Below, piece by piece: positions 16,128 to 38,830 of a stretch of 64,000 nt of DNA. Position numbers and translations under genes: made by a program. Below the pieces are notes generated by a model. That model searched no databases and was not told the DNA's origin. It saw nothing but the letters and a program-made list of their open reading frames with translations. Within the stretch, counting starts at the first letter, position 1. Each line of letters starts with the position of its first letter. Origin of the DNA: the human T2T-CHM13v2.0 reference genome, Homo sapiens; the NCBI RefSeq assembly GCF_009914755.1, contig NC_060931.1; one strand, written 5' to 3'.

Positions 16128-17890
16128 CCCTTGATTGGGGTCCTGCATTGCTTGTGCTGGTCTCTCTCTCCTTTATCCCTGCAGACAGACCTTCATTCCT
16201 GACACCTGATCACCCAGTCTCTGATCACCTGCCTGTCACTAAGATCACCATGTGTTGATGGCTTCATACCCACACCACTGTGTTGTACCTATCTGCAGGA
16301 TTCCCACCAGTTTAGAATTCTTTCATGCTCACCACCTGGCCAGCATGCATCTGGTGGAACCCCTGGACTACAGTCAAATTCTCTGTAGACCATGTCCTAG
16401 CACATCCAGCTATGTGACAGTCTGCACTTCACACTATCCAGAACCCACACCACCCTGGTGGCTATGCTCCTGAGTGAGCTTCCAACCAGCAAACAAACCA
16501 TTCCACATTCCACACAATATAAGATATTGTGGGAAGGTACAAACTGTGGATAGATAACTAACCAACAACCCACAGAGGCATGTTACAACTCAGGGGCAGC
16601 AGGAAGATCCCCAGAAAGGGGGAGTAGATGGGATTTGTGTTCAATACTTTTTTTCTACATAGATAAGGCTATATTCATGTTTATGAAATCAGTGAATTCC
16701 ATAGAGCTGGAAGACATAGCTGACTCACTGAATATTGGAATCAGAACCAAAATCAACAAGATGAAATTGAACAGGAATAACAGAAACTGTTATGCTAAGG
16801 TTGAGATTAGCAGTGACATAAGGCAGAACATCCAGTCAGCAGTTCACATAAAGACCTCAGAGTTTTGGTTCAACACAAGCTCAAGGATGGGCATTATCAT
16901 GTAATGGGGGAAAAACAACATTTAGATTCAAACAAACCCAATCTCAAATGCTAATTTCACCACTACATTGCTATGACCCAAGTCTTTGTCTCATAAAATG
17001 GGCATACTCACTCATAAAATGGGTGAGTATGAACAAGATAACACATGTTGAGCATGTGTGAACAGTGCCTAGAATGCATGGGAGATACTCAGTAATCCAC
17101 ACCCCACATCCCTGGAACCTGGCACGATGCCCCCCCCCCCATCAATACATTTAGTAGGAGACATCATAGCACTTTCCAAATAATCTATTGAAACATTCAT
17201 TTTTGCCTGTCCTCTTTATTTAGGATGCCAGAAGAAATGGGAAGACATTAAGGTTTATGTGCTAATATTTGAGTCCTTTCATGGCATTTACATGGCAGAG
17301 CCAAAAGCAGAAGTTGACAACCATCAGAAGCCAAACCAGCCCCACAAAATACCTAGCCTTCAAGAGAGAAATTGGACCAATCTATGAAAAATGTTGCTGG
17401 TGTGTGGGGATGGGGAGGTTGGAAAGTTGCTGAGACTTCGGGAAGGAATGGAGGCTCATGACAGATATTTGTGCCACATTCCCATGTAGACCTTCCTAAA
17501 ATGTGGCAGGCCCTCTAATGGGCACCATCAGAAAGCCATGGCAACTGACGATCAAAAGATCTGCCTTGAGGCCATGGTCCCTGTGCCCAAGCTGGGCTCA
17601 GAAATCATGGAGTCTCCCGCCTTCAAGGGACTGTGTCGATTTAGGCAGTGAGCACAGCCACAGCCGCCCGTGTGGATGTGGACTGAAGTCCAGTTCTCTT
17701 CATGGGTGCTTGGCTGTGAGACACCTCTAAGACTCTTGCACAACCAAGCAGCAGGGGAAGAAGGATATTAGAATTGAATGTGATGATTGAGATTTAATTT
17801 ACTGGTTAAATGGGTGGGGACATGCAGCAGATGGGCCGATTGTAAAGGAATAAATATAACATTTATTTTCATCCAAGTACTAGGGAGTAT

Positions 17891-18029
17891 TTTTTTTGTA
17901 TGCTTTGTCAGAGATCAGTTGGTTGTAACTATTTAGCTTCATTTCTGTTTATCACACCATAATTCACAATTGCAAAGATATGGACCAAACTAAGTGCCCA
18001 TCAATTAATGAGTAGATAAAGAAAATGTG

Positions 18030-18068
<39 letters not shown>

Positions 18069-18440
18069 TACATACACACACCATAGAATACTAAGCCATA
18101 AAAAAAAAATGTATTTTGCAGCAATTTGGATGGAACTGGAGGCCATTATTCTAAGTGAAATAACTCAGGAAGGGAAAACCAAATACTGTATGTTCTCACT
18201 TGTAAGTGGGAGCTAAGCTATGGGTATTCAAAGGTATACAGAGTGGTATAATAGACACTGGAGACTCTGAAAGGGAGAGGGCGAGAGAGGAGTGAGGAAT
18301 AAAAAAATAGTATACTATGTACACTATTCAGGTGACAGGTACCCTAAAATTTCAGATTTCACCAGTATATAATTCATCCATATAACCAGAAACCACTTGT
18401 ACACCTAAAGTTATTGAAATTTAAAAATTGTAAATAAAAA
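17891..18440 (+). mobile_element. Short L1PB-like 3' end with an inverted 5' segment and (CA)n at 18032-18080
   Basis: L1 3' UTR motifs from about 17950; 17891-17947 is antisense ORF2-like; TAGGGAGTAT flanks both sides. Confidence 0.75.
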
Positions 18441-21400
18441 TCCCACATATATTAGGGAGTATAATTCACACTCTCTGTGAAGTAAAAAGGGCTTATACAG
18501 TAGGCCAAACTCAACCCTACCACTGTGATTTAACCTAATTCCCCAAGCATCATTTATTTCATTTGCAAAACAGAAAAAAAAAACATACCTCACAAAGATA
18601 TGGGGAGGATTACATGAGATAACTAATAGCAAAAATCCAAGCACAGTTCTTAGGGTAGTGTGGATGCATTTTATACGAATTTGAATTTGGTGGATTTAAA
18701 ATAGTGAAATAAAAACATAAGCCTCACTATATGGCAAAACTTGAAATAATGTGAAATCCCACTTTATATTTATTCCTAAATGAAAACGCATCTTGAGTGG
18801 GTATCATACACTAATCACTAATGGGACGTGGAGAATTTTTTTTAAAAGGAGAAGTCCAGGATGATTCCCACAATTCTAATTTGGATGACAAGTGATGACA
18901 CCATTTACCAAGAAAGCCCAGGAATACAGAGGGGTGGGGAGTAGTCCCATAAGAGAGGTGGGGAAGTAACGGCTTCAAGCTGAACATGCTAGGGGGTAGA
19001 TGCTATGAAATATTCCAGTGGAGTTACCCAGCAGGCATTGTTAAATGACCTGGGTCTTACAAGAGAGTGATGGCTGGAGATACACAGATTTGGCAATCGT
19101 GAGTAAACAGCATATAACTATAACCTAAAGCATGTATTTGAAATCACCCAGGGAGTGAAGATGGAATGAGAAGAACAGAGAAACAATGACAGAGTCCTTA
19201 CAAACACCATGATACAAGAAGGCAATGGGGATATGTTATCCTAAAGGAATCCTAAAAGAAGTGATCAAAAAGGTGAACAGAAAACCAAGTGGGAGTACTG
19301 TCACTGAGGATGAGTTTCCAGAGAGAATTAATGCTGAAGAAGCTATTGCAGGTCAGTGGTCAGTCTAGCTAGCACTGCTTCAATGAAGGGTAAAGATATG
19401 CTCAGGAATGTCCACTTTAAGGGGCGGGGATGATACTTGCACTGGATGCTGCACTAATCAGATAACACTTGGAATATTTTTTTCCACCTCCAGACACTGC
19501 TGAGTATGAAGAACTAATTGGAGAAGGAAGCCGTTGTATAGCAGATGCAGAGCAGCAGCAAAAATGGTAATGAAAATAGAAGATAAATTAGAAAATTTGG
19601 AAAAACCCAAACAGATCAGCCATATTGAAGGGAAAAAGAAAAACAAAACAAAGTGGGAGGGCAGAAATGTAGAACGGTATACACTCTTTTAACCCCAAGG
19701 ATGAATGTAGCCAAGAACACAGTGGGGACTTAGGAGTCTCAGCACAGAGCATTCTCTACTCCCTACTGCTCAGGCAAAGAACTCCTTCATCATGCAGAAC
19801 CAAAACTGGTGTAGAGTCTTAAATGACCTGGGTATCTCTACGCAGAAGAAAGCGCTTTCCATGTAAAAGGATTAACTTGAACCTGGGTGCTCAAGGGACA
19901 CCCTAGGCTGCTTATCCCACTGATTCTGATCTGACTGTGTTAAGTAATAAATCATGTGGTTACATATTCACATTATCTTGTGTAGTTTTCTCTCACATTG
20001 CTACTTAAAGAGAAACCCCAGACACAATAATGAGGGAGCTCAGTATAAGGGTATGAAGAGATCCAGGCAAGCTATAACCTGGAGAGCTCCTTGCCCTTCA
20101 GAAGGTGAGACCACTCAGAATGAGGGAGAAAACGTGGCCCAGCCCACTTTATGAGGAAGCTACAAACAGAATTCTTAGAAGACAGCAGCCAAGGGAGTAG
20201 CAGGGATGGGGACAGGGAGGGCTGAGACTAGAAACTCACAGAGGAACAAACAATTGAGTAAACTGGAAACAAGTAACCACAAAAGCACTAGAAAATAAAA
20301 TGAAAGCTTTGCATGAATAATTGACAAATTTGATCTTCCTTGTGAATGCAGAAGAAGGAACTAGAAACAAAAGATAATGAGGCCGCTTTCTCTGCTTTGA
20401 TCTGAAGGACAACTTTCTAATTATCTGATCTTTCCCAAGACAGAACAGAATGCATCGCAAAGTCAACAGACTCTCCAGCACAGAAAGTACTAGACCAAAT
20501 GCTGGATAAACATTACTGCTAATGGAGACGTTTCATTGCCTTGGCCTCACATCTCTATCTAGAAACACTTTAGAAACACTCTGGGCCTCTCTCTCTCTAC
20601 CCCTCATATCTTCCCAGGAGAAGAGGAGGAGTGTTTGGGAGAAAGAACTAGGCTTGCAATTCAGCTCCTGCTCCACCCTGCCTTGACCTGAATGCAAGAT
20701 GCATGCATCCTGGTCTGCTCTCAGCAGCATAGGGAGGCCTGCAGTTGTTCAGCTGTGCAGTGACCGAGGGGCGAGTCTATCTGATTCAGGGATGAAAGAA
20801 TGAAGTAGTATCCTTTGTCAGTGATCTTAAGTCATAGTCTCCTATCAGCTGTATCAGATAATATGTCCACTTCCATCTCTCTATTTCTCAATTGGTTCCA
20901 AACTCAGATACGGAAGAGGGTGCCCTCTAAAACCTCAAGAACATCTGTGAGGAATATTTTCCTGTAAAAGAGGTTGGATCACATAACTCTAAAATTGCTG
21001 TATATGTAGAATTCAGTGACTCTTACTTTTCAGATACTTCTAGGACCTTCTAACTTAATGTCTCATTGACATTTCAAATTCACTGAATCCAAAATTAAGT
21101 TTCTCTTTCCCCAAAACCAGTTGACTCTCCCGACATTACTGCACATCATAAGTAGCACTGGCTTCACATTCATCAAGATTTAAAAGGTTAAAGTTTCCAA
21201 ATAATAGGTAAATTGGAAATGTCCTTATCATGATTCCAAAGCAATGCCGACACCAGAGAGTGGTGGGTGAAAGCCTAGCTGTGACTGCCATGACCTAGTA
21301 AGAATGTAGGGCAAAGAGAGAGAGCCAAAGCCAACATCTGGAGGTACAGTCAGACCAGAGCCAACATCTGGGTGTGAGGAGAGAGCAAGAAACCTATCCT

Positions 21401-21479
21401 GAGGATAGAGAAATAATTCCCAGAGAAAAGAAACAGGAAATGTCATGCCACAGAAGCCCAGAATCAAGTGCTACTGAAA

Positions 21480-22700
21480 AAGCAAGACAAGAAGGGATCA
21501 TAGGCAATCAGATTTGATGATTAAGAAATTCCTGGGACCTTGATGAGACCAAGTTTGTAATAGTGGAGCTGAAAAGAAAACATCATTTTTCATTCGATCA
21601 TTCAACCAATATTTATTGGGCATCTACAGATTGTGAATTCAAAGCAGGTAAGACACTGTCCCTGTCCTCAAGGCACATATAGTCCAAGAAGAAAACACAA
21701 AATAGGCCATTATAAGAGAGTAAAAAGTATCTCAAGAGGGACTCTGGGAACAGAGAGGAAGGGTAACTAACCAAGACTGAGAGAGAGGACAGAGGATCAA
21801 AGGTAGCCTTTCTGGAAGAGATGACATCTGAGCTGAGCCTAAGCAGGACTGAGTAGGGCAAGGAAGAAGAGGAGAGAGCCTACAAAGAGAGCACGTGATG
21901 GGTGAAGGCATATGGCCAGAGAGGGTGCCTTGAACTTGGGTAACATGGAGTAACTCCACATGGCTACAGCCAAGGGCTCGTCTGGAGCAATGATGGAGAA
22001 TGCAGCTGAGAGGTAGTGGCGGCTAGAACTGGAAATCCTCATGCAGCATGTTAAAGCCAACAGAGTTCAGGAGAGATTTTAACCAGGAAGTGACATGAAT
22101 AAATGTGATCTGAGAAAGACAACTCTGGTGGACAAATGAAAAATAAGTCAGGTGGTCAAAGTCAACAGTCAAGAGTAGATGCCAGAAGACAAATTCAGTA
22201 GCTTTGAATTTGATAGTAATGTCACTAATAGACAATGAGTGCCAGAGAGAATGGAGAGAAGAAAGAAAGTGAAATTACATGCTAAAAAGAAAAAAATATG
22301 CAGTAGGGGGTAAAAGAGAGAAGTCAAAGATATTTCCAAATTCTGGCCAAGTCAGCTGAGTAGATGATAGTGCCATTCATTGAGAAACAGGATACAAGAG
22401 ACAGGGTTGGACAGGATATGGGGGAAAAGGAAGGTTGGAGGAAGAAAATGATGAGTTCTGTTTTGGTAATGATGAATTGGCTTGTGCCTTTGGAACACCC
22501 AGGTAGAGACTGTTTAAAGCAGTTTTTGAGTGTCACAGTGGGCAGGTGGGAGGTAGTGTCAAGAAGTCTGCCAACACATAACAGGAGAAAAATAGAATAC
22601 TTAGCAGCATTGAGAAATGATTTATAGGAAAGGAGTGAGTCAAACACATTTTTAGACATGAAGGAATAAATCAATAGAAAGAAAGAAATTTAAGATCATA
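21480..22700. mobile_element. L2 remnant
   Basis: CATTC..CATTCAACCAATATTTATTG L2 3'-end motif at about 21590-21620, followed by degenerate L2 text; boundaries approximate. Confidence 0.65.
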
Positions 22701-23720
22701 GGACCAGGGAAGGCATGGGAAAGAGCAAGTTGGCAGTTCTCTCCTGTTTAATGTTACCTTGTAGTGCAATAAAAGGAGGGCTGTCTTTGGAACATAAAAC
22801 ACGGACTCTTGAGTTAATTGATAAATTGCTTCAATGCAAATCACAAGCCACCTGAAACAGATGGTAAACTGCTAAAATAAATTAGGTTCCACCAACCATT
22901 CCAATGGAACATTGTATGGTATGGAAAGAAAAATACTTAACAAGACAGGAAGCATGAGTCAGGAATAAGTGGTGCGCAGTGTGAGTCATGCCTGTAAGAT
23001 CAATAAAGAAGCTGGCTCTGCTCCTGACTGCATTACTTCTGAGCCTCCTACCCCTCCAGTCACCCAGTCTCAATGCTGCCCTATCACCCTCCTCACTCAT
23101 TCTTTCACTCCAGATACTATGGGTCCCAGAATTCTGTTAATGCTTTGGTTCTCACATGGGTCCTTTTTTTTAATTTCCCACTGATACTATCCTAATGCTC
23201 TTAGAGAAATCTGTCTACCTCCAGACTTCATCCAACCCCCTTGACCCACCCAAGGCAGGGGGAGGGTGAGGGAAGAACAGTGAAGGGAGAAAAAGAACAG
23301 CTTTATAAGTCTGCCATCATGTTACTGGCTTGCAGTGGTCCCTCACTGCCTACTGGTTAAAACCCATCTCCTAAGTGGATACTCAAGGCCTCAACAACGC
23401 AGACCCAACCCACCTTTCCAAACACATCTTGTTACTGTCAACTTAAATTCTCTATCATCTCCTTTTTACAAATGAGACAATTTAGAAACAGAAACATTAA
23501 GCAGCATGCCCAGCCACAGCTGTCACACAGCTAGTGACAGAAGCGGCCACCCAGACTCCAGGGCACATTCTCCCCATTTCCATGTGGCTGCCTCTTACTG
23601 GGGTATAGTTTTTTGTCTTTCATATGCTAGATCATTTTGCAAGGGTGGTCCTGCTAAAATTAATAGAACTGCTTCTGCAATTTAAAAGTCATGAAAACTT
23701 TAGATCAAAATCACTTGTAA

Positions 23721-24025
<305 letters not shown>

Positions 24026-25637
24026 TGTAAACACTTTAACAGAGACAGCGATTAAGACTAAAGTGATGAAAGTGAGGTCTATGGGTAGAGCAATGTTCCA
24101 CCAAAAATCAACTGTTCCCAAAGTGACTTCTAGATGTTTTGTTTCATTTGCTTTTTCACCCACACCACAACTTGAGCCAATATCCACATACTTCCTTGAT
24201 AGAGCAATGTGGTTGTGGAACCTTTCCTTATCTGAAGTTCACACAGTACACAGCTATGAAACCTGGAACCACTGTCTGCATTGGTGAAATGAGGTCAGAC
24301 TGACCCCTGAGGTTATCAAAACATAGATCTGAAAAGTCACTGGGAATATTCTTTTGTTTTACAAGTAATTCTAAGTAATTTAATCAAACAGGCCTGAACC
24401 ATCTGGCTCTTTTACAACATGGTACTAGTTTTAATAGCTATCCATGTTTCTTTTCTTCCCCAAGTGAGAAAATGAGTCATCAACACAGTAAAATCTGAAG
24501 GTGATTTTATAACCGTTTGCAAGTCCACATGACATATATCTTTTACAAACAAGAAGTCATAGTTGTTTAAAATGAAGACAACCCTAAAGCAACACTTACA
24601 TTATTAAACTAATCAAGTAATTTTACATTTTAAGAAACTGCATTACTTAACTATTTTAGAGTTTCCAAATTCATCAGCATAAGGCTTTTCTCTGTGTTGC
24701 TTGCCAAACTACACAGAAGGAAAAAAAAAAACCAAACTTGTATTTTCACGGAAAACAGTCTTTGCCAACCCTCCCACTAGCTCTAAGTTTGGCCAACAGT
24801 TTGACTGATAGTGTATGAGCCCTACCATCTGCTAACTAAGCAGCATTTCCTAACGGGTAAATGATACTAAGAAAAATGGTTGCAAAACAGAACCTGACTT
24901 GTTTTCATGAGTTGATGTAACTGAACCTAAAATGCAAGACTACAGTTTGTTATGTGTATTCTAAGAAAGTTCAAATTGTATCCCAATCCAAATTGCTGGT
25001 TTCAATTATTCCTTCAAAACATTAAACAGCCTGTATATAAAAAACCTCAATTTATTTAAAAAACTAACACTTCTAACCATTTTAAATAAGGTTCAGACCA
25101 AATTCACATCACATTTTTGTTTTCACACCTTTCCTTCTCAAGTCCCTGAGTTAGTGAACCAGATTAAATGCCATTTAAAAAGTATGATTTAAAAAATTAA
25201 CTTTGCAAATCTATTATACATTAATAAGCATAACAAACCCAACCATTCAAGATATTAGTCTTAGAATAATTAACTTATATGTTTATATGCTATTATATAA
25301 ATCTACTCTTATTACTTGTGCATTTTTAATGAACATTCTGCACATTATTTGGGGAAATTTTGAGGATATCTATAAAAATAATACTGGCTTTTTTTTCTGT
25401 CATATCAAGATTTAGTAACTTTAAAAAAGTTACCCTTGTTTTTTTAAGGACAGGACAACTAAACAGATGTATAATATTCTTAATTATTGCTTTTTGTCTC
25501 ATGAAATATTAATATATATTCTATTTCTTTAGAATTCTCCAAGAGGAAAAAAAAAAGATATAGAGGCTATAAGCTTAGCCAAGGACACAGAAAAACCAGG
25601 TCCTGCCCTCAGTTTTGTAGTTGTCTGACTTTGGGGA

Positions 25638-26117
25638 TGTGAAAAAAGTTATCTGAAAAGGAATTTCGAGAAGAGAGACTTTATTCCAGTGAACAGTTTC
25701 CAAACGGGGAAGACAAACCCTTCAGTGGAAACAAAAGATACATTAAAGAAAAAAGGAGGGTTTCGCTTTTATAGTTAAAATTCCCACCCAGCTTTCCACT
25801 CAGGTCCTCTTATGCAAATACAGAATTCAAACTGGCTTAGTTCTGATTGGTTGACACTTGCAGAGTTCTGATTGGTCAATGCTGCTGGCTTCTGATTGGT
25901 CAGTGCAGGCTACACTCTATTGGTTGGTTCAGGCCACGTGGACAGAAACTGTTAGCTATGACAACCCCAAAGTTAAGCAGATGTGTAGGTTTTCTGGGAA
26001 CTCAGAGTATGTGTGTGAGCTCTAGTCAGCAAATGGCCACCTGACTCTATTTTAAATTTCAGCCCAGTTAGGTACTCAAAACTCATCTTGAGAGATTGGC
26101 TCTTTCAGATTCGCACA
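25638..26117 (-). mobile_element. ERV1-type solo LTR with multiple CCAAT boxes
   Basis: TG...CA ends. On the minus strand the order is CCAAT x4, octamer, TATAAAA, AATAAA. Family not assigned; no clear TSD. Confidence 0.6.
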
Positions 26118-26318
26118 TAAAATTTCTCAGATCCACAGCTGTCCCTCTTGTAAAAGGTAAAAGCTTAGCACAAACATCTCTAAGCTGTCTTCTAGCTTGA
26201 TCATGCTATGGTTTGAGCACTCTGGTAGACTTTATAAATCTGGGCCCCAAAGGGCTCTACTTTATTTCCCATGAGCATGGGGGAAGCTGGGGTGAGAGAA
26301 GGCATTAAAAGCATAGTC

Positions 26319-26953
<635 letters not shown>

Positions 26954-28409
26954 TCATAAACCATAACACCATACAGAAAGTAATCTTTAAAATGCAAAAA
27001 CTGGCAATGATTTCTACTGTCCTGAGCAACATTCCCCAATTATTCTACACATTTCCCATATTCTGAAATGGTTTTCCCAAAGTGAACCTAAAACTTAGAT
27101 TATTCCAAACTCTTTGCTATTAGTTTAGGGTTTGGTGGGAAAATGGGGGTGAGGTAGTTTTAAAGATCAAAGGCCAAGAGGGCTGAAATTGCTCAAGGTC
27201 ATATTGCTAGTAAACAGTTGAGACTGGATTTAAACCCAGTTCTCCCTGAGTCCTGAGCCTGGACTTTTAATCAATATATTGTCAAACTAAAAGATTGCTG
27301 TTGAGAAAATATGTAAGTTCATAGTTTGTCATAATGGTTGCTGTTTCCATATACAAGCTTTTCTAGGCCCTGGATCCCATTATGAAATGATTTGCTAGAC
27401 TGTGGGTGCTGTGGTTCTTCAGTAGTTGGCTTTTTTGTTCTCTGAATTGTTCACCACAGGGGTCTGGGATAGGAAAGAGCATTAGACCAGAGTTCATTTG
27501 CAGCACTGATATAATGACTTATTAAACACTTGCTTACTTCTTATCTGCTGTGATTGTTCCTTTGTTGTTGTTTTGCCTTTTTACTGCAACCTAAACAACA
27601 TCTTTTCTGGCAAGGAAAAATGCCCTTTTAGATACTGATGACTGGTAGTTCAAATCCACATTCAGTGAGACAGACTATACTGATTAACTCACTCAAACTC
27701 CACCCAAAGTCCTCTCCTCCCCAGCAGTTTAACAAGGCCTTGTGACAAAGTTCTAACCTAAAACACATCAATGAAATTCCTGACTGTGGGAATTTGGGGA
27801 AACTTTGGATTTCCTCATAAACAAATCAACAAACATCTTGCCTTTACCACTGTGCTTTTTCCCCTCTCTGGCCTGGTAAAAGAACATGAGGCTGGAGGTG
27901 GAGTAGACATATTGCAATCATAAGACAAGCAAGAAGATCCTAAGGACTGTGGACTAACAAGATAGAAAGACTTCATTTTTATTGGTATTGTGGATGACTG
28001 GCCTTGGACTGCTTTTCTCTGCACATTGTGTAATGTGAAACAAATAGCCCTTATTTCTTTAAGTCTTACCATTGGTTATATTTTATTATATTGATAGTTG
28101 AAGACAGTGCTCACTGATATATTTGAGAATTACTAGACCGAGAGATCCATAAAAAGAAAGATGATGTGTTCATAAAAAACGTGAAGCCTTAAGATTTTCC
28201 AAAACCTTATCCCTTTATTCTTCTGTTCCAACCAGCACTAGAATATTTTTATAGTTATTGAAAGCTTGCCATTTATGTCTATTCATCAATAACTGCTTAG
28301 AGATTTTACTTTCAGACACAAAATGAATGACCGCGGAAAACATTCATGCTTTTATTATAGATCTGCACCATCTTTCTTAACATTGGATTAGAACACCATG
28401 AAGTAATTT

Positions 28410-36035
<7,626 letters not shown>

Positions 36036-36580
36036 CAACTAACTTGTTAATTTCTTAAATCTTATGATATATTCACTTACTTGATAAATATTTTACATAT
36101 GCCTGTAAATCAAGGAACATAGTCCTAGACCTCCAGGTATGACTCAGTATAGGTCAACAACTGAGTACCTTGGTTAAGAGGCAACAAAAATTATATTGAC
36201 AAATAATCTTGTATTTAAAGTTAATTATACAGCTTTCTGTCAACTACACTTCATTTACTCAGAACTGATATTAATAATGGCCCAAAAGTAGATAATATCA
36301 CTACCTATGGCAGAAATTAAATAAAAGCATCTGATGTAAATACTGCACATTATATAGGCAAAATTTCTTGAGAACAGAAAAGGAAGCAAAAGTAGGTACA
36401 GAGGAAGGTACATTTGAAAAGAGGGTAGGGACATCAGAAAAACAGGATTGAGGAAGGAGGTAAGAAAGAAGGCTGAAGGAGTTCCTACCTGATGGCATAT
36501 ATTTTCTCAGTGAACAAGGACGGAAAGTAAAGGCAAAGAGCAGTGAAGAGGAGGATTTAGCATGATGAAAATTAAAGAGT

Positions 36581-36957
36581 TGTTTTAGTCTGCTTAGGCT
36601 GCCATAAAAAAAAAATACCATAGACTGGATTGCTTAAGCAACAGAAACATATCTCACAGTTCTGGAAGCTATGAAGTCCAAAATAAAGAAACTGGTCAAT
36701 TCCTTTCTTGCTGTGGGCCCTCTTCCTGATTTGCAGAAAGCCACCTTCTCATTGCATCCTCATATGGCAGAGAGAGAGCTCTGGTGTTTCTTTCTCTTCT
36801 TAAAAGGGCGCCAGTTCTACTGGATTAGAGCCTCACCCTTTTGACCTCATTTAATTTTTCATCAACTCTCCACAGGCCCTATCTTCAAATATAGTACATT
36901 GAGGACCAGGGATTCAACATGTGAATTTTGAGGGGACACAACATTCAGTTCAGAATA
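36581..36957 (-). mobile_element. MLT1-type solo LTR
   Basis: MaLR termini; TSD AGAGT at 36576-36580 and 36958-36962. Confidence 0.8.
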
Positions 36958-37049
36958 AGAGTTTAGACAGACTCTGTAAGAAACTGAAAAAAAAAGAAGA
37001 GACCCATAGAAGGACAGTCAGAAACTATTATGGCTAAAGTTGGCTACCA

Positions 37050-38830
37050 TGCAAGTTCAGAAAACTATAAACAGTCACCCACAAGGTAACTGGTACCAGG
37101 CTATCCTTCCCAATATAAAATATTAAAAATGGAAAAAATATATGAAACAACTGCTTTCAGATGTGGATAACAAGGCAGCACAGTATTGTGATCTCCAAAA
37201 GAAGGGAAAAAAATGACACAAGATCTATGATAGCCCAGGTTTACTACTTGGGGGCGTATATTAGCTACTTATGATAGAAGCGGTGCCAGATAGTCTCACT
37301 AAGCCAAGAAGACAGATCTTGGAGTTCAAGTTTGTTGAGGCTGCTGGAATTTTAGGGCAGAAAAGTGGGAGCTACACAGAATAAGAGCTTGAGAAATACA
37401 CATATGGATCTTCTTGAGTCTTTGACCGTATTCTAAGCTGTGTATGCACAGAGTGAGACACCATGAAGCTGAACAAAAAATATCTACCAGGGACAAAACA
37501 TATACCAGGGACCTGTAAGCTGAGTCACTAGTACAGTTCATACAGGATTGAGAAATTTATAAGTTAAAACAAACCAAAATGGAGACGTGTCATTGAATAC
37601 TTGGGGCATTCAATAAAGACCCAGAAATGTCACATGATAGAAACAGAGATAAACTAACCTTAGTGTGAAAGTTACTCTAGATTTTCCCTTAAAATGCTTA
37701 AATATAAATGGAAAAGATTAAACTTATCTTCAAGTAAATTAATTGACTACCAGAACAAAATTCAACTCTCTTCAAAGAAAGACAACATTTAGACACTCAA
37801 CAATATAACCTATAAGATTATCCAACATATAATAAAAAATTACTAGATTTGTAAAGAAGCAGGAAAACGTGACAAATAACTAAGAGAGAAACCAAAAATA
37901 GAAACACACAGAGAAATTGCAAGGATAACAGAACTAGTAAACAGATTCTTTAAAATAGCTATTATAAAAATGTTCAAGGATACAAAGAAAAAAATGAACT
38001 TAAAAGAAGGGAAGTGGGATTTTAAAAATGAACCAAAGGAAACTTCTAGAGATCAATACAATATCTGTAATTTAAAAGTTCACTGGAAGAGCCTAATAGC
38101 AAATCAGACACTTGCATTTAAAAAATTACTAAACTTGAAGAAATAGCAATAACCACTATTCAAAATGAAGCACAGAAAGAAAAACAAGGCTAAGAGAAAA
38201 TGAACAGAAACTCAATGACCTATGGGACAATATTAAGTTATCTAAGTTATATAATATTTGTATAACTGGAGTCCCAAAAAGAGGAAGGAGACAGAAAAAT
38301 AGCTGAGGAAATAATGGCTGAAAACTTTCTAAATTTGCTAAAAATATAAACCCACAGATCCAAGAAGCTCAATGAACTCCAAATAGGACAAGCATAAAGA
38401 AAATCACATAAAGGCACATCATAATCAAACTGCTGAAAAGTCAATGATAAAGAGAGAAATCTTAAAAGCAAGAAGAAAAAAAGACACACTACTTACAAAA
38501 GCAGAAAAAAAAAATTTAGCCCCTAACTGATTTAAAGCAATGCTAGCCAGAGGATGATGGAATTATATGTTAAAATAGAGTGAATAAACTTAAAAAAACC
38601 TGTCAGCCTAGAATTCTATAACTACAGGCAAAATGCTTTTTCGGAAAAATAAAACTGAGAAAACTTAGCACTAACAGACTTGTGCTTCAAGAAATGTTAA
38701 AGGGGGTTCTTTATGTTGAAGAAAAATAGCTCCAGATGAAAACTCAGATCTAAAGAAAAAGAGCACAAAAAATGAACAATTTGTGGAGAAATATAAAACA
38801 AGTTTTTCTGGGGTTTTAATTTCTTTAAAA
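37050..38830 (+). mobile_element. Old L1M 5' UTR/ORF1 remnant
   Basis: ORF1-like text (GAAATAATGGCTGAAAACTTTCTAAATTTG...ATCCAAGAAGCTCAA); boundaries approximate. Confidence 0.7.

Noticed and set aside
17224-17252. Possible plus-strand micro-exon
   Set aside because: Good acceptor but weak donor (AAG|GTTTAT); unsupported without transcript data.
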